Of a stretch of 64,000 nucleotides of DNA, positions 33,159 to 46,381 are shown one piece after another. The position numbers and the translations under genes are program-made. Below the pieces are notes generated by a model. It saw nothing but the letters and a program-made list of their open reading frames with translations, did no database searches and was not told where the DNA came from. Numbering within the stretch: the stretch's first letter is position 1; each line of letters starts with the position of its first letter. This stretch comes from the human T2T-CHM13v2.0 reference genome, Homo sapiens: the NCBI RefSeq assembly GCF_009914755.1, contig NC_060939.1. One strand, written 5' to 3'.

Positions 33159-33249
33159 ATTTCACATTCTGGACATTGCCTTTGAACATGTGTCAATCAA
33201 TTAATGTCTCTCCTAAAAATGAAACTATTAATTAACATATGACCTTTAA

Positions 33250-33606
33250 TTTTTTTTTCTTTCTTTGAGACGGAATCTCGCTTTGTCACCCAGGCTGGAG
33301 TGCAGTGGTGCGATCTCGGCTCACTGGAAGCTCCGTTTCCTGGGTTCACGCCATTCTCCTGCCTCTGCCTCCTGAGTAGCTGGGACTACAGGCGCCCGCC
33401 ACCATGCCCGGCTAATTTCTTTTTTTTTTTTTGTATTTTTAGTAGAGACAGGGTTTCACTGTGTTAGCCAGGGTGGTCTCGATCTCCTGACCGAGACGGG
33501 GTTTCACTGTGTTAGCCAGGATGGTCTCAATCTCCTGACCTCGTGATCTGCCCGCCTCGGCCTCCGGAAGTGCTGGGATTATAGGTGTGAGCCACCTCGC
33601 CGGGCC
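33250..33606 (-). mobile_element. AluY with an internal 48-bp tandem duplication
   Basis: TSD gacctttaat; 33445-33492 duplicated at 33493-33540. Confidence 0.96.
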
Positions 33607-34148
33607 GACCTTTAATAATTTTTAAAAAGGCAAACAGGTGATAAAACTCTTGTCCTTGAACCTTTCCTTTGCACATACAGTGAAATCAAAACCCTTCACA
33701 GTGGCCTAAGACTGGCCTTTAGCCTATCCTCCTTCACTGGCCCAGCATCAACAGACTGTATTGCTGAGCCATCCCAAACAACATAAGCACCAAAGTGGAG
33801 AAATGACATGTTTCTCTAAAAAACAATGTCTTTCTGCCGAAAGCAGAGCTTCAAATTGCTCATAACTTAGTACATGGCCAGAAATTACTGGTCATCAGAA
33901 GGAAAGTTGACCTTCAAAATGGACAGAGGAGGAGATAATAAATAGAGCCATGAATATTGGCATCGTGTGATCATAGCTTCATGTCTCCACATCCAGGGAG
34001 TGAGGGATGATTCACAGAATTTCAGTTAATTGTTCAATCCCCGACCTGGACATTGGAAGACTCTGGTTCTCATCTTGGCTTTCTCTTGAACAAGCCACTT
34101 CTTTTCTTCTGAACCTCAGTTTATCCACCCTTAGATTGAGGGGATTGA

Positions 34149-34600
<452 letters not shown>

Positions 34601-34921
34601 CCCACTGACATTCCTCTGCTGGTCATTCACTGGGTACAAAACTTGTTGTGATGATCTGGGCCTCAAATCCCACTGTTTTACATATAAACTCAATCCACTA
34701 TTTTGTGGTTTTAATATACACTGAGTTTTCGAGGAAGGTAAGTACTATGCAAATGGAAGAAAGTGTGTACTTTGTTTTGCTTTTAGCTTTACCAAGAACT
34801 GCTCACATTTTGGGAAATCACATCACTGATGACAACACCCTTCTTAGGGTTTGAAGTGCTGATGTCGTGCTCTCACACTTTACTTCTAACCATTGGATTC
34901 TTGGTGATTCGTATCTGTCAC

Positions 34922-35283
34922 TGATGTGGTTTGGATCTGTGTCCCTGCCCACAATCTCACGTCGAATTGTAATCCCCAGTGCTGGAGGTGGAGCCTGGTA
35001 GGAGGTGACTGGCTAATGGGGGTGGATTTTGCATGAGTGGTTTAGCACTATCCCCTGGTGCTATTCTAGTGATCTAGATCTGGTTGTTTAAAATTGTGTG
35101 GCACCTCCCCTGCCCCTTGATCCTGCTTTTGCCGTGTGAGATGCCTGCTCCTCCTTCACCTTCTGCCATGATTGGAAGCTTCCTGAGTTCTCCCCAGAAA
35201 CATAAGCCAGTGTTATGCTCCCTGTACAGCCTGCAGAATCATAAGCCAATTTAACCTCTTTTCTTTATAAATTACTTAGTCTC
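34922..35283 (+). mobile_element. MST (MSTA/B-like) LTR, 3' end truncated
   Basis: tgatgtggtttggatctgtgtccc...cctgtacagcctgcagaa...cttttctttataaattac. Confidence 0.88.
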
Positions 35284-35519
35284 TAATGTCTACTAGAAAG
35301 TACAGAGGTAGAGGAGGGGCAGAAGAAAAAAAAAGACCAATGTAGATAACATACCGTACATATGAATACATAGTGTAAGCACCTGATGTATTCATTATGT
35401 TTTCCAGGTGTATTAGTGAACAAATGGAAAACATACCAGACTTTCATTGTATTGTGTATTACTTTACTTCTCATTTATATTACAGGGCATTATATTGGTT
35501 TTAAAAATTATGTACTTAT

Positions 35520-35814
35520 GCCGGGCATGGTGGCTCACACCTGTAATCCCAGCACTTTGGGAGGCCGAGGCGGGCGGATCACAAGGTCAGGAGATCAACA
35601 CCATCCTGGCTAACATAGTGAAACCCCATCTCTACTGAAAATACAAAAAATTTGCCAGGCGTGGTGGTGGGCGCCTGTAGTCACAGCTATTTGGGAGGCT
35701 GAGGCAGGAGAATGGCGTGAATACGGGAGGTGGAGCTTGCAATGAGCGGAGATCACGCCACTGCACTCCAGCCTAGGTGACAGAGAGAGACTCTGTCTCA
35801 AAAAAAAAAAAAAA
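35520..35814 (+). mobile_element. AluY
   Basis: ccatcctggctaaca, gaatggcgtgaa, ggagcttgca; TSD aaaaattatgtactta. Confidence 0.96.
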
Positions 35815-36599
35815 TTATGTACTTAGGCAGCTTATATGTCTATAGTTTCATTTAAGAATAGCCAAAGGGATGTTGTGAATTATTGTCCTGAACATTTTAT
35901 AAAATGGGATGTTGGGTCTGACAAGGTTAAGAATCTTTGGACTGAATAATTTTCAGCTTAATACTTTAAGACAAAAAGGCCAGCCAGAACTTCTAACAGA
36001 GGGAATGAGGGGCACACTACCCGGGGAGATTGCATACCCGCTTCACAGTGGCAAGCCCTCCCACCTCCCACCCCCCGCCCCCCCTCATTTAAACAAATGC
36101 CAATTATTTACCCCTCCATGTCTTCCTCTCCCCTGGGAGTGGAGTCCACCCTCATAATCTTCCCTGGTAACTGTTGCTAGGAAGATGCTGCCTCTTGAGC
36201 TGACCTTCCAAAGGCGTGAGATCATAGCCGGTTGTCTCCCAGCTGCTGATGAGGGGATCAATTTTGCCCAGGAGAGTGATGGAGAAATAAGCAAACAGAG
36301 CACAAACAGCAACAACACACACAGGGTGCCAGGGACAACATGCAAGACACAGCAGTCGGGGGCTGTTTGATGTTGCTATTGTCTTCCATTCTGGGAGGTA
36401 TAGGAGGAAAAAAAAAAAGAACCATTACGATGGTCTGTCCCCTGCCCTTCCTTGTTATCACAGAGATGGAGACACCATAAGGGGACCTGTTAATTGGGCC
36501 TCTTTCATGAAGTCTGTCAGTAGAGTCCAGGCTTCAGAGCAGGCAGCATCCACTTCACCGCTTCAACTTTTGTGGCTCTATTCTTTTGCCACAGCTGAA

Positions 36600-36880
36600 T
36601 AGTGATAACGATGATGACAGTGATAACGATAGGTGCCATTCATTGATACTCGCTTTGTTCCTGGCATTGTCCTAAGTGCTTTACATGAATTACTTCATTT
36701 AATCCCCACGGCAACCCTATGAGGGAGATTTCACATGCTCCCCTATTGTACTAATGAAGAAATGGCTCCCAGAGAGGAAATTGCTTGTCCAGCTCCTCCC
36801 AGCCAGCGAGCAGCAGGGTGGGATTTGATCTTAAGTCTGACTGGCCACCAGCTGGCCCATGAAGCCCTGCACTAGGATAT
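36600..36880 (-). mobile_element. MIR
   Basis: ctaagtgctttacatgaattacttcatttaatccccacggcaaccctatgagg. Confidence 0.75.
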
Positions 36881-36961
36881 ACCGTGTTTTCTGTGCTTTA
36901 TTGACTGATTTTGATCATTTGCTTTTGGTATGAACAGATACAGGTGACAGTGCATGTGTGA

Positions 36962-36993
36962 ATTCATTCATTCATTCATTCATTCATTCATTC
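36962..36993. repeat. (ATTC)n simple repeat (L2-tail type)
   Basis: attcattcattcattcattcattcattcattc. Confidence 0.85.
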
Positions 36994-37908
36994 TTCACCA
37001 GATGGGACCCAACGCTGTGCTTGCTGCCAAGCTCACTGGGACCCCAGTTGAGTAACACCCGCCCCCATCCCCAGGGAGCCGAAGGTCTGGTTCTCTGCGG
37101 AATCGAGCTTCTGCTGAAGGCTTGTTCTCGGTAGCACCCAGCCTCTTTGATCCTGTGGGGTCTGGGAGGGGCGGGGTGAGGGAGCACCCAGTTGCACTAC
37201 ACAGACGGTGGCAGGATGTTCATCTGTACAGGTGCTCATGAAACATTGGTTGATTGCTTTACCTTCCACCTTCAACCAGAGCTCCCAGGCCAGGATGCTA
37301 ACCTCAGGATCAAGGGGAGGAACAAAAGCCACATGTCAGCATTCATTTATCTGCTGATCCTTGGTGTTAGACATTGCGCTTCGTCTCATTTAATCTGCAC
37401 GTTGACAACTGGGATATGTGGGCTTCAAATGTGTGGCTCAGGAATAAGATTACTGGGCAAAACGGTGGGCAGGAATACCCTCTGCTCAGCCTGGGCTCAG
37501 TGAGGCATTCAGTGCAGGCTGCTGAATCTGCGATGAGCTTTCGACCTCTTTCTCTGACTTCCATTTGCTTCTGTGCAGGATTGAGCCCAAAAGAATTGAA
37601 CTGGTGGATGTGGCAGAACCTCTGCCTGCAGATGTAGGGAGCTGCGTGACCAGGGTTTGCAAAGGGCAGAGGCAGGTGCCAGGAGATGCCTTTGCAGGTC
37701 TGCACTGAGGGCACTCGCTGGGCTGCTCCAGTGACTTCAGGCTTCCCTTTGCCTGAAAGCCTCAGTAGCGAGTGATGCTCCATCAGCTTCCAAGTTGCAG
37801 CCTATGCTTCAGCTCACTCCCACACTGGGCCCAAGGAGGGGCAGCAGCCAGGCTAGATCTCAGGGCTAAGCAGGGCTGAGCTGCTCATCAACACGGCCCA
37901 TGCAGTGG

Positions 37909-38124
37909 TCTTTCTCTCTCTTCCACCCTTCAGCCCTTCTTTCTCTTGCTGATTCCCTTCTTCCCTCCTTCCCTCTCTTCTTTCCTTTCCTTTTTTCTTT
38001 TCTTTTCCCTCCCTCCCTCCCTCCCTCCCTCCCTTCCTTCTTTCCTTCCCTTACTCCCTCCTTTCCCCTTCCTTCCCTCTTCCCTCCCTCCCTCCCTTCC
38101 TCCCTTCCTTCCTTCCTTTCTTCC
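37909..38124. repeat. Polypyrimidine (CCTT/CCCT)n low-complexity tract
   Basis: About 200 bp of almost pure C/T. Confidence 0.95.
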
Positions 38125-38159
38125 AGAATCGGCATCAAACATCGAAAAAAACTCTGTTT

Positions 38160-39105
38160 TGTATTTTCCATACAGTACAATTCACTTTTTTTGGTGTATA
38201 GTTTTTTATGTTTTGACAAATGCATAATCATGCGACTGCACCACAATCAAGACAAAGGAACTTCTACCAACCCCCTGCTCTACCCTGCATGCTGCTCCTT
38301 TGTGATCATCCACTCCCGCTACACCCAGCCCCTGGCAGCCATCTGTTCTCTGTCCCTATAGTTTTGCCTTTTCTACAATGTAATATAAATGGAATCATGC
38401 AATATTTAACCTTTTGAGTCTGACTACTTTCATTTAGAAATTATGTTCACGATTCATCCATGTGATTGTATGTCTCAATAATTGCATTCCTTTTCCTGGC
38501 TGAGTAGCATTCCATTACACGGATGTACCGCAATTTGTTGATCTGTTCCCCAGCTGAAGGACATCTGGGTTGTTTACAGTTTTTGATGGTCACAAATAAA
38601 GCTGCCATAAACATTCACATATAGGTCTTCGTGTGAACATAGATTTTTATATCTTTTGAGCAAATATATTGGAGCAAGATTGTTGAGTCATGTGGTATAT
38701 TTAACTTTATAAGAATCTGCCACACTTTTCCAAATCAGCTGTACTGTTTTACATTTTCACCAAGAATATGTGGGAGTTCTACTGCCTTCTTTTCCTTCCC
38801 AACACTTGGTATTGTCAGTTCTTTTTTTTTTTGTTTAATTTAAGCTATTCTAATAGGTGCAAAATGGTATCTGGTTGTAGTTTTCATTTGCATTTCTCTA
38901 ATGATTAATAACATTGAGTGTCTTTTCACATGCTTATTTGCCACCCATATGTCTTCTTTGGTGAAATGTCTATTTAAATCTTTTGCTCATTTAAAAAAAC
39001 TGGGTTGTTTGTTTTCTTACTGAGTGAGTTTGAGACTGTAAAGAATATATTCTGGATAGAAGCCAGATATGTGATTTGCGAATATTTTCTCCCAGTCTGT
39101 GGCCT
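38160..39105 (-). mobile_element. L1M (L1MC-like) 3' region
   Basis: gttttgacaaatgcata...ataaatggaatcat...aataaagctgccataaacatt...ttgcatttctctaatgatta...aatattttctcccagtctgtggc. Confidence 0.85.
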
Positions 39106-39344
39106 TAGAATAACATGGGTTATTTCCACAGTGAGAAAATTGGCTAGAACTAGTCTTGTGGTCACATGTGGTCACAAAGGGGCTGGGACATGCACTTCTA
39201 CTCTGTGCCTAGAAAGGCAGAGAACTGGAGATATTAGGGGAATAGTACAAAGGACTGCTATACACACTGCTTATACTGTTTCAGATTCTGCATAACAATA
39301 TTTCATGAATGTTCTTCCATGTGAGCAAAGTATTTCTCTATAGC

Positions 39345-39710
39345 AGAGATCCGCAAAGTATAGGCACGGGCCAAATCTGATCTGTTGTATGTTTTCATCT
39401 GGTCTGCCAGCTGTTTTTTTACAGACAAACATTTCAAATCAATTTGATGGTAAAGAAAACTGACTTTGAACTCCAATTCATCAAAATATTGTTAGTCCAG
39501 AAAGAATTCGATTATTCTCACTGGTTGACCTGTATTACAAAAAGTTGTAATTAATCATTCTTGTATTTTTAATTTGTCCAAAAAATGTGTGGAAATTTGT
39601 TTCCTCTCATTATTGTAAGTATTACAAATAATATCCTTGATTTTGGCTTGTGGCCCGCAAAGCCTGAAGTATTCACCCTCAGGCGCTTGAAACTGTTTGC
39701 CAAACCCTAT
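39345..39710. mobile_element. MER58 (MER58B-like) hAT relic
   Basis: gggccaaatctg...tggcccgcaaagcctgaagtatt...gtttgccaaaccct. Confidence 0.7.
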
Positions 39711-39920
39711 TGTGTAGAATGGCTTTTCAGAGCTGCATGGTATTCTACAATTTTCAATCAGATGTACGTATTATAAATTCTTATGGTCATATTGTTCAAC
39801 TATATTGGTTCTAGATCCTTCCTATTCAAACAATGTAGCAGTATAGACCCTTGTGCGTCTATCACAACCATAATCATTGATCATTTCCTTGGAATAGATT
39901 TCTAGAAGTGGAACTACTGA

Positions 39921-40254
<334 letters not shown>

Positions 40255-42604
40255 CAATTTGCAGATTTAGTATTTCTAAGTAACTCAGTATTTCTAAGTA
40301 ATCTGTCAGAAAGTTAGCATTTCACATTCTCACCTGCAGTGAGTGGATAAATGTGCTTTTTGACTTGTACATTTTCCAAAACGAATGGTTCAATTTTATA
40401 ATATCAGCCATGTATATTTCTTTTTTGTCAATGGCTTTTTCAAGCCCCGGTCTGGCTTTCTGTGGAATAATTCTTCATCCTCTGTTCAGCATCCAGCAGT
40501 GCCCTGGAAAAGTGGCTGTGAAGTTACTTGCAAGACTGCATTGAACCCGGGCGAGACACTTCTCAGGGGAGCTGTCCAGCTACATTCTCTGAGTGAAGGC
40601 AAGTGTAGTCACTTTTCTCTGCTATGTTAATATGTGCCATGAGTTTTAAAAGACTCTCCCTTCAGTCAGCGGATGACATCTGCTGCTTAGCAAGAAGGCA
40701 AAGCTCCGTTTGTCTAATCAGCTACATGTTGGGATTTGAAAACATGGCACCAAGACCCCTGAAAGATATGTTAGAAACAAGTTTTCTGGTTTGGGATTCA
40801 TGAGAATTTCTTGGCTCCCAAGCAGACCCGACTTTAACAGTGACAGGGGCAGACATGTGGTGGAATGTGGGGAAGATTCTGGGAGCACCACCTGGCTATG
40901 AGAAGCTTAGGATATTTTCCCATGGTTAAAAATAAAATAAAGTCGATGTTTTGGAAAGTGGTGAGAAACAGATGGGGGTGAAGGATGAGTACCCCCATTG
41001 CATTGTTGAGGACCCTGAAGTTTACTCACATATCAGGGCTCATAAGTGAATTGAAGAAGGAAGCCAGGTGTCTTTGAGCCAGGTTGGCTCCACAGCAGCC
41101 AGACTACCCTGCTGCTGGGGAAGTCACAGAAGAGGCTCTGGCATAAGCACCAATTCTTAGGAGGCCACATAGTCATTCTTCTTGATGCTCATTGTTTTTA
41201 AGGCCCTGGGTGAGTGGAAGAAGATCTTTTGTTATGTGTGTCCTTGTCACCACTGATTTCTGGGATTCCACATTATTTTGGCTTATTTCTCCATTGATAT
41301 AATTGTAACTTGTAATGTTAGAACTCTGGGAGAATAAATTCCAAATGAGCTCTTGATGTCAATTAATAGGTTCATGCCAATTTTCTTGGGTTTGGAGATG
41401 TGAAGATACACAAAAGAAAGTACAGTCTTTGCTTTAAAGCAGCTCACAGACTAATGGAGTGGATGCCACTGAACCAAAGATTCCAGTAAAGTATGAAAGG
41501 GGTCTAGAGATTTATGTCCAAGTTGTTCTGGGGCCATTTAGAGGAGGTGGGAGTACAGGATGATGGTAGGGGAAGGCTTCCCAGAAAAAAGAAATCGAGT
41601 TCAGGTTTTGCTGGAAAAAAAAAAGTGACCGGGGGATAAGTAGAAAGAATTGTAGAAAAAGGGAAGAACAGGTGCAGGCTCTCAGGCTCCCAGCCATCAG
41701 CTATCCCAAGTATTTCTTGAATTGTTGTGACATACCAGGCATTGCCCTTCATGCTGCAGCACAGTGATGTTCTCTAAATAAGGCTCAGTTGGAATATTTC
41801 AATCTCTCAGCAGTTTGCTTTCCTCACCTTGCCCCTTAAAAATTCCCCGGCTTGTGGGAATGGGAATGGAATTGTTGGAAAAGGGCAGAGTAGATTTTAA
41901 AAATCACTTCATTCCCTGTTGTGTGGGAAAGTTTCCCAGGAAGAGACTGCCAAGCCCAGGAAGATACATATATATGCAAATTCCCCGGCAAAATGTTTTC
42001 TAGCCCCTCAACCTCAATCTACAGAAGTTTCCGTTATCATAGGCTACAATCTGATGCAGTGTGTGGTCCTACCCTGACCCTAATTCAAGGGAGTTTTTCA
42101 CAGACCTCATTACCACTTAAGTTTTTAGGAAGGGGCTTGAAAACAGAAGGAGATAGACTAAAAGACATTGTACAGGGACAGCGGGGAGCCACAGCCCTGC
42201 CTAAAGAATGAAAGTTGGTTGTTCTGGAAAGATGTACAAATAAGCCAGAAGAATAAAAAATGCTCACATTTGCAGAGCTCTTCACCATTTAAAAACCAAT
42301 CCATTCCTCATCATGGGGAATTATCCCCAATTTGAAGATATGAAAATTGAGGCTTGGGGAGATTGAATGAGTTGCTACTAAAAGGACCTGGACCTGAACC
42401 CAGAGCTTTGACTCCAGATCTGCTGTTTCCTTCACGTATATCATTGTTATTGAAATCTCCATAGAAAAATGTGTCGTATGCAAAATTTGACAGGACACAT
42501 CTCTCTGTCTCTCAAGAGCCTTCAGTGTGCATAGGGTAAAATTAGCTTTGAGTCAATATTGCCTTTTAAAATTTGTCACTCAGTTCTTGGGTCTTCTGTT
42601 CTAA

Positions 42605-42943
<339 letters not shown>

Positions 42944-43167
42944 AAGGCTCACCTTTTAAAAACAGTTTGTTCTCTGAATGTTGAGGGGATTCATCAAGGT
43001 CAGTTTAGGGCAAGGCAGGAGGAAGTTCTTGGCTTATACTGAAGAAAAATCAGTATTTTTGTTGTTCATTTTGGGTTTCCCTAGTGTAAGATCTCACGTA
43101 CAACAGCCAACAAGAAATCGGGACTTCAGGGCAGAAAGGGAGATGGGGAGGAAGCAGGGAGAGCAGG

Positions 43168-43543
43168 TGTCTTTGTCCATTTTGTGTTGCAATAATAGAA
43201 TACCACAGACTGGGTAATTTATAAATAAGTTTATGTAGCTCATGTTTCTGGAGGAGGGGAAGTCCAAGAGCATGGTACTGGTATCTGATGAGGGCCTTTC
43301 TGCTGCTTCATCCCATGGCGGAAAGCAGAAAGGCAAGAGAGGGAGAGTAAGAGAGCAAGGGGGGCAAAACTAACTTTTATAACAAGCCCACTCCTGAGAT
43401 AACTCTCCCACTGCCATGATAATGATATTAATCCATTCATGAGAGCAGAGCCCTCACGACCTAAGCATCTCTTGAAGGTCCCACTTCTCACACTGTTGTA
43501 TTGGGGATTAAGTTTCCAACACATGAACATTCAAACCATAGCA
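43168..43543 (-). mobile_element. MST (MSTD-like) solo LTR
   Basis: tgtctttgtccatttt...gaataccacagactgggtaattta...cattcaaaccatagca; TSD gcagg/gctgg. Confidence 0.88.
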
Positions 43544-43740
43544 GCTGGTAAAAAAGCCTCTCTGTGCTTGGAAAGCTGAGTACTTAGGAGGCAGGAAGTG
43601 AAAGAGTCAAGAGAAAGGCGAAAGAATGCACATGTTTTTTTCATGATGGCACTCCCAGGCCTTAGCCCAGACCTGGCTCAACGTTTGCTGTGTTGAAATG
43701 ACTCATAACCAGCTATTGTCTGAATCAGGCTGAAGGGATT

Positions 43741-44426
43741 TGTCTTAGTCTGTTTGTGTTGCTATAAAGGAATACCTGAAGCTGGGTGATTTGTTTAAAA
43801 AATTATTTTACTTTAAGTTCTGGGATATATGTGCAGAACGTGCAGGTTTGTTACATAGGTATACATGTGCCATGTTTGCTGCACCCATCAACCCATCATC
43901 TAGCTTTTAAGCCCTGCATGCATTCGGTATTTTTCCTAATGCTCTCCCTCCCCATGCCCCCCACCCCCTGACAAGGCCCAGTGTGTGATGTTCCCCTCCC
44001 TGTGTCCATGTGTTCTCATTGTTCAACTTGAAGCTGGGTAATTTATGAAGAAAAGAGGTTTATTTGGCTCACGGTTCTGCAGGCTGTACAAGAAGCGTAG
44101 CATAGGCATCTGCTTCTGGCGAGGGCCTCAGGAAGCTTCCACTCAAGGCAGAAGGTGAAGGGGGAGCTGGTGTGTGCAGATCACATGATGAGAGAGGAAG
44201 CAAGAGCAAGGGAAAAGGTGCCAGGCTTGTTTTAACAACCAGCTCTCAAGGGGACTCTTTTGGGGCCTAATAGAGCAGGAACTCTCCCTTGTTACTATGA
44301 GGATAGCACATGCTGTTCATGAGAGATCCACCCCTGTGATCGAACAGCTCCTACTAGGCTCCACCTTCAAGATCGGGGATGAAATTTCAACATGAGGTTT
44401 GGAGGGTCAAATATCCAATCATAGCA
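43741..44426 (-). mobile_element. MSTB-like solo LTR, interrupted by an L1PA fragment
   Basis: tgtcttagtctgtttgtgttgctataaaggaatacc ... atccaatcatagca; perfect 5-bp TSD GGATT. Confidence 0.9.
43793..44028 (-). mobile_element. L1PA 3' end, 5'-truncated
   Basis: ctttaagttctgggatatatgtgcagaacgtgcaggtttgttacatagg; TSD tgaagctgggt(g/a)attt. Confidence 0.92.
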
Positions 44427-44534
44427 GGATTGGAATGCATAATGGTGATTCTGGAAGTCTTTTAGGGAGAAATGCATCTGACAAGCAGGAGCAGTTTGTC
44501 ACTGATATGCCTGGTCTTCCTAAAATGCTGATGC

Positions 44535-44715
44535 TGCTACTGCAACTACCACCTCCACCAGCACCATCTTAATCTCCTCTTCCATAGTTCCCATCACCAC
44601 ATCCCTCTACCACCACCACTGCCACCATTACCACCTTCACTCTCATTACCACCTTCAGTGCCATCATCTTTGCCACCATCACCACACCACAACAGCCATC
44701 ACCACCATTACCATT
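44535..44715. repeat. Degenerate (CAC/CAT)n low-complexity tract
   Basis: accaccaccactgccaccattaccacc... Confidence 0.8.
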
Positions 44716-44915
44716 TACTGAACCCTTGTGACGTGGTAGACACCATGCTAGAGGTTTTTAAAGGGTTTAATCTTCATGATACTCCTACATAGTAGAAATT
44801 ACTAGTCCTATTTTGCAGTGGAGGGAACTGAGGCTCAGAAAAGTTAAGAATTTGCTCAAGATGACATAGTAGAAAGCTGTAGAGCCAGGATTTCAACCAG
44901 GTTCATTTGCTCTTC
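44712..44915 (-). mobile_element. MIR
   Basis: attttgcagtggagggaactgaggctcagaaaagttaag...gccaggatttcaacc. Confidence 0.8.
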
Positions 44916-45275
44916 CAGTAGAAAGGAGGAGTGGCTCAGAAAGCTGTGCTGTTGGACACAGGCATATGTTGTGGGCTTGTTTTGTGTACGTCTGGGCCAC
45001 ATTGTTTGGGTCTGAGAGACTCTTGTGGGCTATGACCAGCACTGACAATCTGTTTTCCCTTATTTTTTCTGACTTTCTTTCACACATTCTAGATCATATG
45101 GCTTTTCTGGTCAGAACAAATGAAAATGTTTTATGTCCTCCCTTTTCTGAGCTTTGGATGTTACTGTTTGCACACAGTTCTGGAAGCAGATGGAGCCTGA
45201 TAGAAATCCCAGATGATAACTCAGACTCAAAAGCTCCTTGCAAATGCCCACGTAGCATAAATACCCTTGAGCATA

Positions 45276-45505
45276 TGAGAGACAGTGACAGAGACTGAAA
45301 GACAGACAGAGAGACAGGGACAGAGAGAGACAGAGACAGAGAGACAGAAAGAGAGACAGAGATAGACAGAAACAGAAATAGAGACAGAGACAAAGAGACA
45401 GAGATAGAGACAGAGACAGAAAGGCACAGAGGGATAAGAGAGATGGAGACAGAGATAGAAAGAGACAGAGAAAGAGATAGACAGAGACAGAAACAGAGAC
45501 AGAGA
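45276..45505. repeat. (GAGACA/GA)n purine-rich microsatellite, left part
   Basis: gacagagagacagagacagagatagaga... Confidence 0.95.
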
Positions 45506-45636
45506 GAGGGCTGCAGAAAACTCATCTTTGCCTGCAATGCCTGCTCCAGCCAGATATCAACACGGAGGGCTCCCCACCAACATTCTGATAGATTCTGAAC
45601 TACAAGCTTCCAGAATATTAGCAGCTGAGCTCCTCC
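45506..45636 (+). repeat. Inverted repeat, arm 1 (131 bp)
   Basis: Reverse complement of 46382-46512; ungapped, 9 mismatches by manual alignment. Confidence 0.95.
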
Positions 45637-45644
45637 GCCCTGGG

Positions 45645-45915
45645 AGGAGATAGAGACAGAGAGAAAGATAGAGACACAGAGGGAGAGGCAGAGATACAGA
45701 TGTGGAGAGAGAGAGACGGAGATGCAGAGAGAGAGAAATAGAGACACAGACAGAGAGATAGAGACAGATACAGAGAGAAATATATAGAGACAGAAACAGA
45801 GAGAGGCCAAGAGATAGAAACAGAGAGACAGAGAGAAAGAGGTAGAGACACAAAGAGAGACAGAGATATAGAGTTGAAGAGACAGAGGGAGACCAAGGGG
45901 CAGGGAGAGAGAGTG
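45645..45915. repeat. (GAGACA/GA)n microsatellite, right part
   Basis: The same repeat resumes after inverted-repeat arm 1. Confidence 0.95.
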
Positions 45916-46381
45916 TGTGCCTGATGGCGCTGTTGGTCCTTTGTATTTTGGGGTCTAGGGGTGCCAGGAGTACCTTGGGCCTTCCGTGACCTTTGCTTCA
46001 CATCTCCTCAGGTATGAGTGAGTTGAGCAGGGGGCTGCCTTTGCCCTGCGAGAACCGTGCTGAGCACTTTCTAATGCCTGGCCTCTTGGTAATGGCACAT
46101 CTGCCTCCTGACAGAATCCAGAAGCCCGAGTCAGGTGCCTCCAAAAGGGTCCCAGTTCATTGCTGGGTGCACAGTGTGAGCTTCTGCTCCATCTAGGCAT
46201 GGGAAGAAAGCCTCCCCTGAAGCTGTTACTCCAAAAGTCAATTCCCCTTGCATTTAAATGGAAGCTCAGAGCACTGTGCTAAAATCACCAGCAGTTAAAT
46301 TGAATTGGAGCTTGATTAGGGTTCTGACCTACAATAAATCACCTGGGAAACAGCTTTTTGGTGGCATATTTGGCCCGAGGG

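Noticed and set aside
40269-40301. Short tandem duplication agtatttctaagtaa
   Set aside because: Ordinary slippage duplication with no further structure
45094-45810. 238-aa Ser/Leu-rich ORF
   Set aside because: Artefact of the (CT/GA)n microsatellite lacking stop codons
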